64,000 nucleotides of DNA from Octopus vulgaris (taxonomy: Eukaryota). The position numbers were made by a program, and so were the translations under genes. Under the pieces are notes generated by a model. That model searched no databases. It was not told the origin of the DNA and was given only the letters and a program-made list of their open reading frames with translations. This document shows positions 62,166 through 64,000 of this stretch, piece by piece; positions within the stretch are counted from its first letter, which is position 1; each line of letters begins with the position of its first letter. The DNA is taken from contig OX597814.1 of NCBI GenBank assembly GCA_951406725.2, positions 27,156,001 to 27,220,000 on the forward strand, in the 5' to 3' direction.

Positions 62166-63297
62166 CCTTGTATTAAATATATAATATAACAAAGTTGTAA
62201 GGAAGAAAATATATACGTAACCCATTACTATTACATGAGGCTGAATGCTCTATATCAAAGGCTCACAGTGAACAGCTACCAACACAAACTGCCAATTGCC
62301 CACATTTGTTTTATAGCAGTGAGACAGTCCACTTTTAGTCACCCGGTAGGTGGGAGGGTGGAATCCTTCCACAACACACACATATGATGGGCTTCTTTCA
62401 GTTTCCATCTACTAAATCCATTTACAAGGCTTTGGTCGGCCTGAGGGTATAGTATAAGACACTCGCCCAAGATGCCCTGCCGTGGGACTGAACCCAGAAC
62501 CATGTGGTTAAGAAGCAAGCTTCTTACCACATAGTCATGCCTAAATATTTCACAACACTAAATATGCTTATTAAACATAATGTACATGATTTCACATACA
62601 CATCAAGCATGGTTATGTAAATGTGGAGTTTGCTTTGCAAACACATGAATTCAAAGTTCTATCTCACTACACGACACCACCTTGGACAACTGTCTTTCTT
62701 GTATTAAGAGCCTCAGGTCAACAAATGCCTTGTGAGTGAAAATCGTAGACAAAAACCATATGGAAGCCAATTGTGAATGTGTGTACATGCATGTATGCAT
62801 ATGTGCAAGCACAGGTGTGTTTGTATGCACCCACACACATGCACATACTAATGTTAACATTCCAACTGTTATGGGTTTTCCTGCACTTTTGAGGACTAAT
62901 GTAATAAAAAGAATCCTCTGCTTGAAGAACAGATAAGAGCCGGTGACAGGACAAGCTATCCTCAAATAAGCTTCAACCAAGCCAACCGATGAAAGCATGG
63001 AAAACAACTGTAAAATGAACAAACGAGTCTATTCAAAACAAATTCCTCGGGACTTTTGTTTGCACACAGACACACTAAGAATATATAAAATAATCTACAT
63101 GGAATGACACATGAAAAGTAAAACAAGGTGGATGGGCGGGGGGTGTAAACATTTTATAGATGCTAGCATTGTCACAAGTTAAAAACAGAATCTATCTTGT
63201 CGAGTTGAAATGAAAGAAAAGAATATTGTTACATCAATGTGCTCTACTTTTGGAATTTTAACTTTTAATGTTTGAATATGTGCAGGTATGGGAGTAT

Positions 63298-63689
63298 ACT
63301 CTTTTATTTGTTTCAGTCATTTGACTGCGGCCATGCTGGAGCACCGCCTTTAGTCAAGCAAATCGACCCCGGGACTTATTCTTTGTAAGCCCAGTACTTA
63401 TTTTATCGGTTTCTTTTGCCGAACCGCTAAGTGACAGGGACGTAAACACATCAGCATCGGTTGTCAAGCAATGCTAGGGGGATAAACACAGACACACAAA
63501 CACACACATATATATATATACATATATACAACAGGCTTCTTTCAGTTTCCGTCTACCAAATCCACTCACAAGGCATTGGTCGGCCCAAGGCTATAGCAGA
63601 AGACACTTGCCCAAAATGCCACGCAGTAGGACTGAACCCGGAACCATGTGGTTGGTTAGCAAGCTACTTACCACACAACTCCTGCGCCT
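63298..63689 (-). mobile_element. SINE family A, full length, head-to-head with further + strand copies at about 63690-64000
   Basis: Same consensus as the 19921 copy. Confidence 0.85.
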
Positions 63690-64000
63690 ATGGTTAAGAA
63701 GTTTGCTTCCCAACCATGTGGTTTCAGGTTCAGTCCTGTTACATGGGTGCACCTTGGGTGTCTTCTATTATAGTCCCAGGCTGAACAAAACAGCATGGAT
63801 GTGTGGTTAAGAAACTTGCTTCCCATCCACATGGTTCTGGGTTCAGTTCCACTGTGTGGCACCTTGGGCAAGTGTCTTCTACTACAGCCTTGGACTGATC
63901 AGAGTCTGATGAGTGGATTTGGTAGATAGAAACTGAAAGAAGCCCATCATATATTTATATGTGTGTGTCTGTGTGTATGTGTCTTTGTGTGTTTCCCCAC

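Noticed and set aside
566-63871. Most short ORFs in the six-frame track as independent genes
   Set aside because: They overlap microsatellites or recurrent SINE/LINE sequence (e.g. MLAWVGR..., HHHRLTSAFHASMGW...) or are antisense/alternative frames of JARID2 exons.

Overview
AT-rich (by eye) metazoan genomic DNA with dense microsatellites and SINE/LINE/MITE repeats; the repeat landscape looks like an octopus (coleoid cephalopod) genome, which is an inference. The window is dominated by one minus-strand gene, a JARID2/Jumonji orthologue (PRC2 cofactor). I reconstructed 20 phase-consistent GT-AG coding exons from 46569 down to the stop at 10702 (4059 nt, 1352 aa plus a missing first exon). They encode the N-terminal UIM-like segment, the [20 protein letters not shown]2-binding segment, JmjN, ARID, a catalytically dead JmjC and a degenerate C5HC2-type zinc finger. 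A long U-rich 3'UTR probably runs to about 4400. Introns hold 3' ends of an RTE-like LINE with a variable internal tandem repeat (one copy expanded to a ~1 kb 26-bp minisatellite), several tRNA-derived SINE families, piggyBac-, hAT- and Tc1/pogo-like MITEs, a non-autonomous Helitron, Penelope-like relics with hammerhead-like motifs, a mariner transposase relic and a damaged tRNA-Lys(CTT). I found no evidence of a wholly new gene system. The best leads are a probable 3'UTR intron or alternative last exon, two fold-back hairpins beside the largest exon, SINE tandems with triplicated target sites, combinatorial SINE head/tail shuffling, a tRNA-Lys/RTE-tail junction and a Cys-to-Tyr change in the zinc finger. 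Exon coordinates were read base by base; repeat edges are approximate.
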